A stretch of DNA of 64,000 nt, from NCBI GenBank assembly GCA_034521955.1, contig JAXHLT010000003.1:153778-217777 (forward strand), read 5' to 3'. Shown one piece after another: positions 1 through 8,825 of this stretch (within the stretch, counting starts at the first letter, position 1; each line of letters begins with the position of its first letter). The position numbers were made by a program, and so were the translations under genes. This DNA comes from Halanaerobiales bacterium. Its GTDB lineage: Bacteria > Bacillota > Halanaerobiia > Halanaerobiales > M55B127. The notes under the pieces are model-generated. The model had not been told where the DNA came from and searched no databases. It worked only from the letters and a program-made list of their open reading frames with translations.

Positions 1-152
1 GAGTCATTTATTTGATAGTCTAATTCATCTATTGCTTTTTTTACACGAATAGAAGTATCTTTACTTACCAATGAACTGTCATTTATAACACGGGAAACAG
101 TTGATAAGGAAACACCTGCTTTTTTTGCAACATCTTTCATTGTTATTGCCAT
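1..152 (-). CDS. LacI-family transcriptional regulator, N-terminal HTH part only (gene continues beyond the left edge)
   Basis: Reverse translation from the ATG (complement of 150-152) reads [50 protein letters not shown], a canonical LacI/GalR HTH. A GGAG Shine-Dalgarno lies at complement of 160-163. Confidence 0.85.
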   Translation of the reverse strand, partial: MAITMKDVAKKAGVSLSTVSRVINDSSLVSKDTSIRVKKAIDELDYQIND

Positions 153-170
153 AATAATTCTCCTTTAAGA

Positions 171-197
171 TGAAAACGATTTCTGAAAACCATTTCA
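171..197. promoter_or_regulatory. Two tandem LacI/CcpA-type operator-like elements (TGAAAACGATTTC, TGAAAACCATTTCA)
   Basis: Read directly. 170-184 ATGAAAACGATTTCT fits the cre-type pattern WTGNAANCGNWNNCW. The second copy is a partial palindrome. Both lie just upstream of the LacI-family start codon. Confidence 0.3.
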
Positions 198-805
198 TTG
201 TATTTATTTTATTCAATATTAATCATTTATCCTGCTATAATTTTAATTTTACAATTTTATGACATTGTTCTATGAATCTTTAATTTTAGTATATTATTGA
301 GAATAATTTTAACTATAAAAACATATTATCCTTACACTGTGAAAGCATATGATGTAGTTTTGAAAACTTTAATTTATATTATTAATGCAAAATATCGAAT
401 TATTTTTATGACATATAGGAAAATCCATTAGATAATACTGTATTACATTCCAAAATATATAGTACTTATTTCTTTTATTCATTAGAATATCTGCTAAACA
501 AACACTATCATAATGCAATGAATAGCAGTATCTTATCGATTATTGCACTCTGATTTTAAAACTTTTGGAAACTCATTTAATCAATTACACTAACTGTTTA
601 AATAAGGTTTTCTATATTTTCTTTAAATTAGAAGTCACTTATAAATTAATAATAACAATTGTTTTTATAAAACCTTTCTAAAATCTCTCAATAATATTTC
701 AAATTTATTATTACATTGGGAATTTTGTTTATTTTAAGATAATTTTACACTAATTAAAGGTATAAAATATAAATAACAATATTTTATGATGAGTGGAGTG
801 ATATA

Positions 806-2484
806 ATGAAAAATCAGAGATGGTGGAAAGAGGCAGTTGTATATTAGATTATCCAGAAGTTTTATGATAGTAATAATGATGGAATAGGAGATATTAATGG
901 AATAATTAAAAAACTGGATTATATCAAAGATTTAGGTGTAGATGTAATCTGGTTATGCCCGATCTATAAGTCTCCAAATGCTGATAATGGTTATGATATA
1001 TCGGATTACAAAAAAGTAATGGATGAGTTTGGGAAAATAGAAGATGTGGAAAAGTTAATTAAAGAAGTTCATAATCAAGATATGAAGATAATACTTGATT
1101 TAGTTGTTAACCATACTTCTGATGAACATAGATGGTTTAAAAACTCAAAACAATCAACTGATAGTGCTTATAGAAATTATTATATCTGGAAAGATGGTAA
1201 TGGAGATTTGCCTCCTAATAATTGGGGCTCAATATTTGGTGGTTCTGCTTGGAAATATGATCAAAAAACAGATCAATACTATTTACATTTATTTGATGTA
1301 AAACAACCTGATTTAAATTGGGAAAAACCTAAAGTGCGGAATAAAATATATGAAAATATGAGATGGTGGTTAGATAAAGGAATTGATGGTTTTAGAATGG
1401 ATGTAATTAATATGCTTTCTAAAGACCAAAGCTTTCCAGATGGTAAGGTTATGGATAATGAAAGATATGGAGATGGAAGTCAATATTATCTAAATGGACC
1501 AAAATTATATGACTATTTATCTGAAATGGGAGAAGAGGTTCTATTTGATTATGATATAATGACTGTAGGTGAAACTCCAGGATTTGGTGTTGATAATGCA
1601 ATAAAGTTTTCAAAACATGAGGGAAAAGATTTATTAAATATGGTATTTCATTTTGAACACATGTCAGTAGATAGAGATGATAAAAACAAATGGGTAAATA
1701 AAGAAATTGATTTAAAATTATTAAAAGATATATATGAAAAATGGAATAAAAGTCTTTATGAAAAAGGATGGAATGCTATATATCTAGGTAATCATGATCA
1801 ACCTAGAATTGTATCAAGATTTGGTAGTGATAAACAATATAGGAAAGAATCCGCAAAAATGTTGGCAACATTGCTTCTAACAATGCCAGGTACTCCTTAT
1901 TTATATCAGGGAGATGAAATAGGAATGACGAATGTGAAATTCGATGACATAGGAAAGTATAGAGATGTTGAGACAATCAATCATTATAGAGCAGAAACTA
2001 AAAGTAGACCTAAAGACAAGGTTATGCAGGAAATTTATAGAACGAGCAGGGATAATGCTAGAACACCTATGCAGTGGAATAAAAATATAAATGCAGGGTT
2101 TACACAAAGTACTCCCTGGATTAATTTAAACCCAAATTATAAAGAAATTAATGTGGAAAGTTCCTTAAAAGAAAGTGATTCAATCTTAAAATATTATAAA
2201 AGGATAATTAAAACAAGAAAAAATAATAAAGGTTTAATATATGGGAAATATGATACTGTTTTGTATGAAAATGAGTCAGTTTTTGCTTATATTAGAACTT
2301 ATGAAAAGCAAAAATATTTAATATTATTAAATTTCTTTGAAAATACTTTGCAAATCAAATTACCTGATAATATAAAACTTGAATGAATATAATTTAATAA
2401 TTTCTAACTATAAAAATAATAAATATAGATAATAATATTATTACTTTAAAACCATATGAAAGTTTAGTTTTCAAGTTAAGCTAA
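806..2484 (+). pseudogene. Oligo-1,6-glucosidase / alpha-glucosidase (GH13), disrupted at both ends
   Basis: SD GGAG at 795-798 and ATG at 806 give MKNQRWWKEAVVY, then an in-frame TAG (845-847), then IIQKFYDSNNDGIGDING... The expected YQIYPRSF strand is one residue short and garbled. The body (ORF 1019-2386) carries GH13 motifs DLVVNHTSDEH, GFRMDVIN and NHDQPR. After the TGA at 2384-2386 the conserved C-terminus continues in two further +1 frames: NLNEYNLIISNYKNNKYR, then IDNNIITLKPYESLVFKLS with a stop at 2482-2484. Confidence 0.85.
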
Positions 2485-3276
2485 ACTTAATAATGATCTA
2501 TCATTATAAAAACCTTGTTTATTTTTTTTCTGGAATATTTCTAATAAATGATTTATTGTCATATTGTTTTTGGTTTTTCCATCAATATCAATAATTATTT
2601 TACCATGGTTCATCATTAACATGCGATTTCCAAATTTTAAAGCATCCTTCATATTGTGAGTGATCATTAAAGTAGTAATATTATTATTTGATACAATTTT
2701 TTGAGTAAGGTCATTAATTTTAATTGCAGTAGCAGGATCTAATGCAGCTGTATGTTCATCTAATAGCAATAGATCAGGTTCTATAATTGTTGCCATAAGT
2801 AATGTTAATGCTTGTCTTTGACCACCAGATAAAAGTTTTACTTTTGTATTAAGTCGTTTTTCTAAACCAAGATTAATTTCTTCAAGATGTTCTTTAATAA
2901 TAGTTCTTTTTTTCTTATTCATAGCCCATTTAAGAGATAGTTTTGAACTTTTATTTAAAGCCATTGATAAGTTTTCCTCTATAGTCATATCAGGGGAAGT
3001 TCCCATAAGTGGGTCTTGAAAAACTCTGCCGATAAAGTTTGCTCTTTTATACTCAGGCATTTCTGTAATATTTTTTTCTGATAATATAATTTGACCGGCT
3101 GATAATTTAAAAACACCAGCTATACTATTTAATAAGGTAGATTTACCTGCCCCATTTCCACCAATTATTGTTATAAAATCACTATTTTTAACTTCTAATG
3201 TAATATCTTTTAAAGCCTTAGCTTCATTACATGTGTTTTCATTAAATGTCTTTGTAACATTAGTTAGTTTTAGCAT
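2476..3276 (-). CDS. ABC transporter ATP-binding protein
   Basis: Walker A GGNGAGKST, signature LSGGQRQ and Walker B LLLLDE. Overlaps the upstream permease gene by 17 nt. Confidence 0.9.
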   Translation of the reverse strand: MLKLTNVTKTFNENTCNEAKALKDITLEVKNSDFITIIGGNGAGKSTLLNSIAGVFKLSAGQIILSEKNITEMPEYKRANFIGRVFQDPLMGTSPDMTIEENLSMALNKSSKLSLKWAMNKKKRTIIKEHLEEINLGLEKRLNTKVKLLSGGQRQALTLLMATIIEPDLLLLDEHTAALDPATAIKINDLTQKIVSNNNITTLMITHNMKDALKFGNRMLMMNHGKIIIDIDGKTKNNMTINHLLEIFQKKNKQGFYNDRSLLSLA

Positions 3277-4138
3277 TTAATTTACCTCCAATCTTCTTTT
3301 TAATATTAGGTGCTGATAAAAATACAATTACAATTAAAGCTGTTAAAAGCTTTAAATCTGAAGCTGCAAAACCACTCATAAGTGCAAAAGATATGCTGCC
3401 TCTATAAAGTATTGAACCTATTATGATACTCGGAATAGTGTAGTAGAGCTTATCATTGCTAAAGATGACTTCTCCAATAATAACTGATGCTAAACCAGCA
3501 ATTATAGTACCAATTCCCATACTAATATCAGCAAAACCTTGATACTGTCCTATCAAAGCACCTGCCAAGGCAACAAAGCTGTTGGCAATAATTAATCCCA
3601 TAAATTTCATGTTATCTGTATTGATAGCCATACTTCTAACCATAGCAGGATTATCCCCTGTTGCTCTTAATGCATATCCAAGTTTTGTTTTCATAAATAA
3701 TATTAAAGTAATTAATACTAAAATAACAACAATTAATATTAATAATAATTCATTATAATCAGTAAAGTTAAAAATATCAAAAATTGTCCTACTTGAAATT
3801 AAAGGGATGTTTGGTCTACCCATAATCCTTAAATTTATAGAATATAATGCTGTCATTGTAAGTATACCAGAAAGTAATGGAGCTATTTTAAGTCTGGTAT
3901 TTAAAAAACCTGTTATTGAACCAGATATTCCACCAGCAAAAGTAGCTACAAGCAATGTCAAAAATGGATTATATCCTATTATTATCATTTTAGATGAGAC
4001 AGCAGCACCTAAAGTGATGCTGCCATCTACAGTTAAATCTGCAAAATCTAAAATTCTAAATGTTATATAAACTCCAATGGCCATAATACCATAGATTAAT
4101 CCTTGTTCAATTGATGTTATAAGAAACCATAAGTCCAT
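3260..4138 (-). CDS. ABC transporter permease
   Basis: 292-aa polytopic hydrophobic ORF lying between the SBP and ATPase genes. Confidence 0.85.
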   Translation of the reverse strand: MDLWFLITSIEQGLIYGIMAIGVYITFRILDFADLTVDGSITLGAAVSSKMIIIGYNPFLTLLVATFAGGISGSITGFLNTRLKIAPLLSGILTMTALYSINLRIMGRPNIPLISSRTIFDIFNFTDYNELLLILIVVILVLITLILFMKTKLGYALRATGDNPAMVRSMAINTDNMKFMGLIIANSFVALAGALIGQYQGFADISMGIGTIIAGLASVIIGEVIFSNDKLYYTIPSIIIGSILYRGSISFALMSGFAASDLKLLTALIVIVFLSAPNIKKKIGGKLNAKTN

Positions 4139-4165
4139 ACAATAACCTCCAGTACCTAACTTAAA

Positions 4166-5155
4166 TTATTCAATTAATATATCGATTTTATCCACTAATG
4201 ATTCTGGTATTTCTAGATTGAAATTTTCAACAGCTTTTTTATTTACAATAAGTTGTAGATTTTGAGAACCAATTATTGGTATATCAGATGCTTTTTCTCC
4301 ATTTAATACTCGTGCTGCAATTTGACCAGTTTCTTTACCTAAAGTAAAATAATCAATTCCCTTAGTAGCAATTGCACCATTTTCAACTTGTCCTTTTTCT
4401 GCTGCAAAAACTGGAGTATTATTTTCCATAGCTATTTTTATTATAGAAGGAACTGCAGAAGCGATTGTATTGTCTGTAGGTAGGTATATAGCATCAACTT
4501 TATTTACAATAGTAGAAGTTGCTAAAGCTATTTCACTTGTGTTGGTTACAGTACCTTCAACAATTTCTAAATCCATTTCAGATGCAGCCTCTTTAGCTAT
4601 ATCTACTTGAACTACTGAATTAACTTCACCACTGTTATATAAAATACCAATAGTTTTAGCATCAGGTACAAACTGTTTAATTAAAGATAATTGATCTGCA
4701 ACCGGATTCATATCTGTAGTTCCAGTTACATTTTCTTCTTTATTTACTAAATCAGAAACTAAACCTGCTTCTACAGGATCAGTAACTGCAGTTATTAAAA
4801 GAGGAGTATCTGTTAATACACCAGCTGCTGCTTGAGCACTTTTAGTAGTTATTGCTAATACTAAATCCAGTTTTTGTCCTTTAAATTTTTGAGCGATTGA
4901 CTGTGAGGTTGCAAAATCACCTTGGGCATTTTCAAGATTAATTTCAAGGTTTTCACCTTCAATAAAACCTGCTTCATTTAATCCTTCAATAAACCCATCA
5001 CGAGCAGCATCCAATGCGGGATGTTCTACAAGTTGAGATATTCCTACTTTGAATAATTTTCCTTCTGTTTGAGCTGAAATTTGAAAAGTAAAGAATAATA
5101 CAAATGAAATGAGAATAGACATTACCAATAGAGATTTCTTACCATTAATTACCAT
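4166..5155 (-). CDS. ABC transporter substrate-binding protein (ABC_sub_bind / PF04392-like uncharacterised family)
   Basis: Has a signal peptide. Family-typical blocks are VGISQLVEHPALDAARDGF, DLVLAITT, AVTDPVEAGLV, NVTGTTD and YLPTDNTIASA. SD AAGGAGAG lies upstream of the ATG. Confidence 0.85.
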   Translation of the reverse strand: MVINGKKSLLVMSILISFVLFFTFQISAQTEGKLFKVGISQLVEHPALDAARDGFIEGLNEAGFIEGENLEINLENAQGDFATSQSIAQKFKGQKLDLVLAITTKSAQAAAGVLTDTPLLITAVTDPVEAGLVSDLVNKEENVTGTTDMNPVADQLSLIKQFVPDAKTIGILYNSGEVNSVVQVDIAKEAASEMDLEIVEGTVTNTSEIALATSTIVNKVDAIYLPTDNTIASAVPSIIKIAMENNTPVFAAEKGQVENGAIATKGIDYFTLGKETGQIAARVLNGEKASDIPIIGSQNLQLIVNKKAVENFNLEIPESLVDKIDILIE

Positions 5156-5203
5156 TTTACATCTCTCCTTATTTTAGTTTTTTGGTTTGGATTTTTTGGA
5201 AAG

Positions 5204-5236
5204 AGAAATAAAAAAACACTCCTGGGAAGGAGTGTT
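5204..5236 (-). terminator. Intrinsic terminator inside the ABC-operon leader, downstream of the HutP-family gene
   Basis: Minus-strand RNA reads AACACUCC-UUCCCA-GGAGUGUU followed by U7AUUU. It lies about 48 nt before the SBP start codon. Confidence 0.8.
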
Positions 5237-5241
5237 TAAAG

Positions 5242-5300
5242 ACATAGAAATACATAGAAATTTCCTAAGTATTTTCTCCTACCATATTACCATATTACCA
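5242..5300 (-). repeat. Two short tandem-repeat blocks in the leader RNA
   Basis: Minus strand: UGGUAAUA-UGGUAAUA-UGGUAG (complement of 5300-5279) and AUUUCUAUGU x2 exact (complement of 5261-5242). Confidence 0.6.
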
Positions 5301-5316
5301 ATTATTAATTTTTTTA

Positions 5317-5345
5317 ATTATACACAGTAAATAAACTAATGTCAA
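5317..5345 (-). promoter_or_regulatory. SigA-type promoter for the ABC operon leader
   Basis: Minus strand TTGACA (5345-5340), 17-nt spacer, TATAAT (5322-5317). It starts about 10 nt after the HutP-family stop codon. Confidence 0.7.
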
Positions 5346-5355
5346 GTATTTTATG

Positions 5356-5766
5356 TTAATTTATTGTACGATGACTTAAACCAACTGCTACTTCATTGAG
5401 ATTTAACATCCCAACACCAAAAAATATTGCGACTACTAAATGATCTTCTTTTCGAGCAATACCAATTTTACCACCAATGTTTAAACCTACTGCACTTCCC
5501 ATGATCTGTTTTAAAGCTTCATGAGTAGCACCTGCAACTGCACCTTGATTTGAGTGTGATTCATTAATCAAATTTTCTCGTCTTGCAGCTATTACTGCAT
5601 TTTCTATTATTTTTTTAACAGACTTGTTGTATTCACCACCAAAATCAACTGCTGCAGTCTTGATACCTTGAGAATCGCGATAATCTTTTTTTAATTGTTT
5701 TTCCTCGGAACGGTCTGAAATAGCTAATCTTAATGCTGCTTTTGCAATAATAAGGCTTTTTTCCAT
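5356..5766 (-). CDS. HutP-family (RNA-binding antiterminator-like) protein
   Basis: 136 aa. My recalled comparison with B. subtilis HutP shows similar size, ESH...A..EAL in the middle and a G.G....H.I-type C-terminus (GVGMLNLNEVAVGLSHRTIN). SD GGAGG lies upstream. Not verified by an HMM search. Confidence 0.6.
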   Translation of the reverse strand: MEKSLIIAKAALRLAISDRSEEKQLKKDYRDSQGIKTAAVDFGGEYNKSVKKIIENAVIAARRENLINESHSNQGAVAGATHEALKQIMGSAVGLNIGGKIGIARKEDHLVVAIFFGVGMLNLNEVAVGLSHRTIN

Positions 5767-5797
5767 TTATGTAAGCCTCCTAATTCTATTTTATTTA

Positions 5798-5826
5798 ATT
5801 ATAATTTATTTTAAAATATATGTCAA
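5798..5826 (-). promoter_or_regulatory. SigA-type promoter for the HutP-family gene
   Basis: Minus strand TTGACA (5826-5821), 17-nt spacer, TATAAT (5803-5798). Confidence 0.65.
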
Positions 5827-5846
5827 TTGTTACCATCTATAATTAC

Positions 5847-5875
5847 TTGAAAATAGCCGGTTATTCTGATATATT
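5847..5875 (+). promoter_or_regulatory. Divergent SigA-type promoter for the flavoprotein gene
   Basis: TTGAAA (5847-5852), 17-nt spacer, TATATT (5870-5875). Confidence 0.5.
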
Positions 5876-5911
5876 TTATCTAAGAAAAGAGATAAAATAG
5901 GAGGAAAATTA

Positions 5912-6477
5912 ATGATCACAGTAATTTCAGCCAGTCATAGAAAATCTGGCAATACAGATAAAATGTTAGATATATTTATTGATGAGATTTCAAAAACAAA
6001 TGATTTAGAGAAAATCAAATTAATCAATTATGATTTAAATATATGTGAGGCTTGTTTAGACTGTCATCAAGATGGTTTATGTATTTTAGAAGATGATATT
6101 AATGATCTATATAAAAGAGTTGAAAAAGCAGAAGGAATGATAATTTCTTCACCAATATATTTTGCTTCTATAACTTCTGTTTTAAAGATATTTATTGATA
6201 GGGCAGAACCTTATCGAGCTAAGAATATATTACAAAATGATGTAAATAAAATAAATAATTATAAAAAAGGATATTTTTTAGGTGTTGGTGCTTACAAAAC
6301 TGATTTGTTTTATAATAATGCTAAAGAAATAATAAAAAATTATTTTCATTCTTTAAATACAAAATATACTGGAGAATTATTTTTTAAAGGTGTTGAAAAA
6401 AAGGTGAAATAGAAAGTGTTGAATTCTATGAGGAAAAAATAAGTCAGGCTGCTCGTAATTATTTAAAACAATTATAA
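5912..6477 (+). pseudogene. Iron-sulfur flavoprotein (Isf / NADPH-dependent FMN reductase fold), frame broken near the 3' end
   Basis: Flavodoxin-like N-terminus SHRKSGNT and a compact Cys motif CEACLDCHQDGLC (C-x2-C-x2-C-x5-C). The ORF stops at 6410-6412, but the family-like C-terminus GEIESVEFYEEKISQAARNYLKQL continues in the -1 frame to the TAA at 6475-6477. The break sits in an A7 run (6396-6402); one extra A restores the frame. Confidence 0.75.
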
Positions 6478-6491
6478 GGAGGCGTTTTTTT

Positions 6492-6984
6492 ATGGCAAAC
6501 AAGGAACTTGAGGTTATTAAAGAAGCAATTTTAAATGAAAATGAAGGTTATCAAGTTTACATGATGGCAGCAGAGAAAATTGATAAAGAAGAAATAAGTG
6601 AATCCTTTAAAAAGCTGGCAAAAGAAGAACTTAAGCATATTGATTGGTTAAAAGAACTTTATCAAGATATGGAAGGAAAAGAAAAGATTAACATTTACAG
6701 TTGATGAAATAAAACCTCCTGAAAAACCCAGAATTTTCAAATGGGAGAAGATTGAAAAAGAAAACTTATCTTTTGCTTTATCAGTATTTGGTTTAGGTGT
6801 AAAAATGGAAAAAGATGCAATTGAATATTATAAAAATGCTGTAAGTAATACTGAATCTCAAGAAGCAATGAAATTATATAAAAAAATAATTGAATGGGAG
6901 TATCAGCATTTGAATTTCTTCCAAGAACAGTATGATATGTTAAAAGAAGACTGGTGGGCAGAGCAAAGCTTTGAACCGTTTTAA
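6492..6984 (+). pseudogene. Rubrerythrin/ferritin-like domain protein, frame broken once
   Basis: The N-terminal half is ORF 6492-6704. The second half (VDEIKPPEKPRIFKWEK...AIEYYKNAVSNTESQEAMKLYKKIIEWEYQHLNFF...) reads in the +1 frame to the TAA at 6982-6984. The shift lies within 6652-6704, probably in the GAAAAG region. Confidence 0.7.
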
Positions 6985-6988
6985 TAAC

Positions 6989-7013
6989 AAAACCCTGCAA
7001 AAAGCAGGGTTTT
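6989..7013. terminator. Bidirectional intrinsic terminator between convergent genes
   Basis: AAAACCCTGC-AAAAA-GCAGGGTTTT, a perfect 10-bp stem with A/T runs on both sides. Confidence 0.75.
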
Positions 7014-7016
7014 AAG

Positions 7017-7529
7017 CTATTTTGTACTTTCTTTATGTTCTGAAGCTAACTTAATATAGTGTTCAGCGTTTTCAGTGATAGAATTTATTTCATCATCAGA
7101 GAGCTTTCTCACTACTTTAGCTGGTGAACCCATGATTAAACTTTTGGGAGGAAATTCGGAGTTTTCTGTAACTAAACTTCCTGCAGCAACTATTGAGTTT
7201 GCTTTAATTAATGCATCATTTAATAGAATTGCTCCCATTCCAATAAGACAGTTATCTTCAACTTTACAACCATGAATAGTTGCATTATGACCGACTGTAA
7301 CATTTTTTCCAATTATTAAAGGCTGATCGGAATCAACATGTAAAGCTGAATTATCTTGAATATTTGTCCCTTCACCTAAGATTATTTTATTAAGATCTGC
7401 TCTTAATGAAGTATTATACCAAATGCTTGTTTTTCCTTTTAATTCAACATCTCCTACAACTTGTGCACCTGGTGCAATAAATGAGCTATCTGATATTTTT
7501 GGTTTTTTGTTTTTATACTTATGAATCAT
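7017..7529 (-). CDS. Gamma-carbonic-anhydrase-like hexapeptide-repeat protein (YrdA/PaaY family)
   Basis: Left-handed beta-helix repeats and the motif pattern IWYNTSLRAD...GEGTNIQDNSALH...GHNATIHGC. Confidence 0.85.
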   Translation of the reverse strand: MIHKYKNKKPKISDSSFIAPGAQVVGDVELKGKTSIWYNTSLRADLNKIILGEGTNIQDNSALHVDSDQPLIIGKNVTVGHNATIHGCKVEDNCLIGMGAILLNDALIKANSIVAAGSLVTENSEFPPKSLIMGSPAKVVRKLSDDEINSITENAEHYIKLASEHKESTK

Positions 7530-7659
7530 TATATTTACCCCCTTTATATTTTTATTTTATTCAACACAAAAGATTTTAATCCTTCTTATTAGATTTATTA
7601 TACTTGAATATAAGGGATTTATTTATTATAATTAAATAAGTATGATGGAAGGTGAGATA

Positions 7660-8253
7660 ATGAAATTTGCAATTATTGGTGGAACATTTAATCCTGTACA
7701 TATTGGTCATTTGATTATTGCTGAAAGAGCCTATCTGGAATTTAATCTAGATAAGGTTATTTTTATGCCTGCAGGAAATCCACCTCATAAAAACAATGAA
7801 AATGTAATTGATAAAACTCACAGGATAAATATGTTAAAAACCGTTATTGAAGATAATGAACATTTTGATTTATCTTTATGGGAAATAAATAGTAATGGAA
7901 AGTCTTATACAGTTAAAACAATTGATCATTTTAAAGATAAATATGATATCAATAAAGTTAATTTAATTATTGGTACTGATTCTTTAGCTCAGATATTTAA
8001 CTGGTATAAACCTCATTATGTATTATCCAATTCAAATCTATATATTGCTAAAAGAAGTGGATATTCTTATTCTGAAACAATGAAAGATCAGCGCCTTAGA
8101 GAGTATCAAGACAGCATTAATTTATTGGATAATTCTTTAATAGATATTTCTTCAACAATGATAAGAGAATATGTAAGAGATAAAAAATCGGTTCGTTATC
8201 TTACTCCTGATAAGATAATTGGATATATTAAAGAAAATAATTTATATGGGTGA
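7660..8253 (+). CDS. nadD: Nicotinate-nucleotide adenylyltransferase
   Basis: MKFAIIGGTFNPVHIGH motif. SD GGAAGGTGAG precedes the ATG at 7660. The track ORF begins at 7642, but that start has no SD. Confidence 0.9.
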   Translation: MKFAIIGGTFNPVHIGHLIIAERAYLEFNLDKVIFMPAGNPPHKNNENVIDKTHRINMLKTVIEDNEHFDLSLWEINSNGKSYTVKTIDHFKDKYDINKVNLIIGTDSLAQIFNWYKPHYVLSNSNLYIAKRSGYSYSETMKDQRLREYQDSINLLDNSLIDISSTMIREYVRDKKSVRYLTPDKIIGYIKENNLYG

Positions 8254-8825
8254 AATTAATGATTGATATCAAAAGTTTAAAAACTAAATTAAAAGAAATT
8301 GATGGTTTTAGATATGAACACAGCTGTTTTGTTAAAGATACTGCAGTTAAGTTAGCAAAAAAATATAAAGCAGATACTTATAAAGTTAAATTAGCTGCTT
8401 TATTACATGATTATGCCCGTAATTATTCAAATGAAAAATTAATTGATATAGTTAATAAAAATAATATTGAGGTAGATGAATGGGAACGTGAGATTCCTGA
8501 ATTATTACATTCACCAGTAGCAGCATTTATTGCTGATGATGAATTTGGTATTAAAGATAATGAAATAATAGATGCAATAAGATATCATACAATCGGCAGA
8601 CCAAAAATGAGTAAGATTGAAAAAATTATTTTTCTAGCAGATATTATTGAACCAAGCCGTGATTTTCCTGATATAAATTATATTAGAGAAGCTGCTGATA
8701 ATAATTTAGATAAAGCTGTACTTTTAGTTTGCGATTTTACTATAAAATATAATATTGAGCAAAACAAAATAATTCATCCTAATACATTGTTAGCTAGAAA
8801 TGAACTCTTGAAGGGAGAAAACTAG
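8250..8825 (+). CDS. yqeK: HD-domain bis(5'-nucleosyl)-tetraphosphatase YqeK
   Basis: HD motif LLHDYAR and conserved position after nadD. GTG start overlaps the nadD stop. Confidence 0.85.
   Translation: MKLMIDIKSLKTKLKEIDGFRYEHSCFVKDTAVKLAKKYKADTYKVKLAALLHDYARNYSNEKLIDIVNKNNIEVDEWEREIPELLHSPVAAFIADDEFGIKDNEIIDAIRYHTIGRPKMSKIEKIIFLADIIEPSRDFPDINYIREAADNNLDKAVLLVCDFTIKYNIEQNKIIHPNTLLARNELLKGEN

Noticed and set aside
153-805. A long non-coding stretch that might hide a CRISPR array, an rRNA/ncRNA or a riboswitch
   Set aside because: I saw no regularly spaced direct repeats, no conserved ncRNA blocks and only short chance stems (6 bp). I kept it only as a possible decayed region in the glucosidase finding.
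1019-2386. The track ORF as an intact, shorter glucosidase
   Set aside because: The GH13 catalytic barrel begins upstream, with WWKEAVVY at 806 onward. The family C-terminus (LKPYES...) lies downstream in other frames, so the ORF is a fragment of a disrupted gene.
3807-4070. 87-aa plus-strand ORF inside the ABC permease gene
   Set aside because: It is antisense to a clear polytopic permease and is a shadow ORF.
6737-7000. 87-aa minus-strand ORF in the apparent gap after ORF 6492-6704
   Set aside because: The plus strand here encodes the conserved second half of the rubrerythrin-like protein in a +1 frame, so the apparent gap is a frameshift artefact and not room for another gene.
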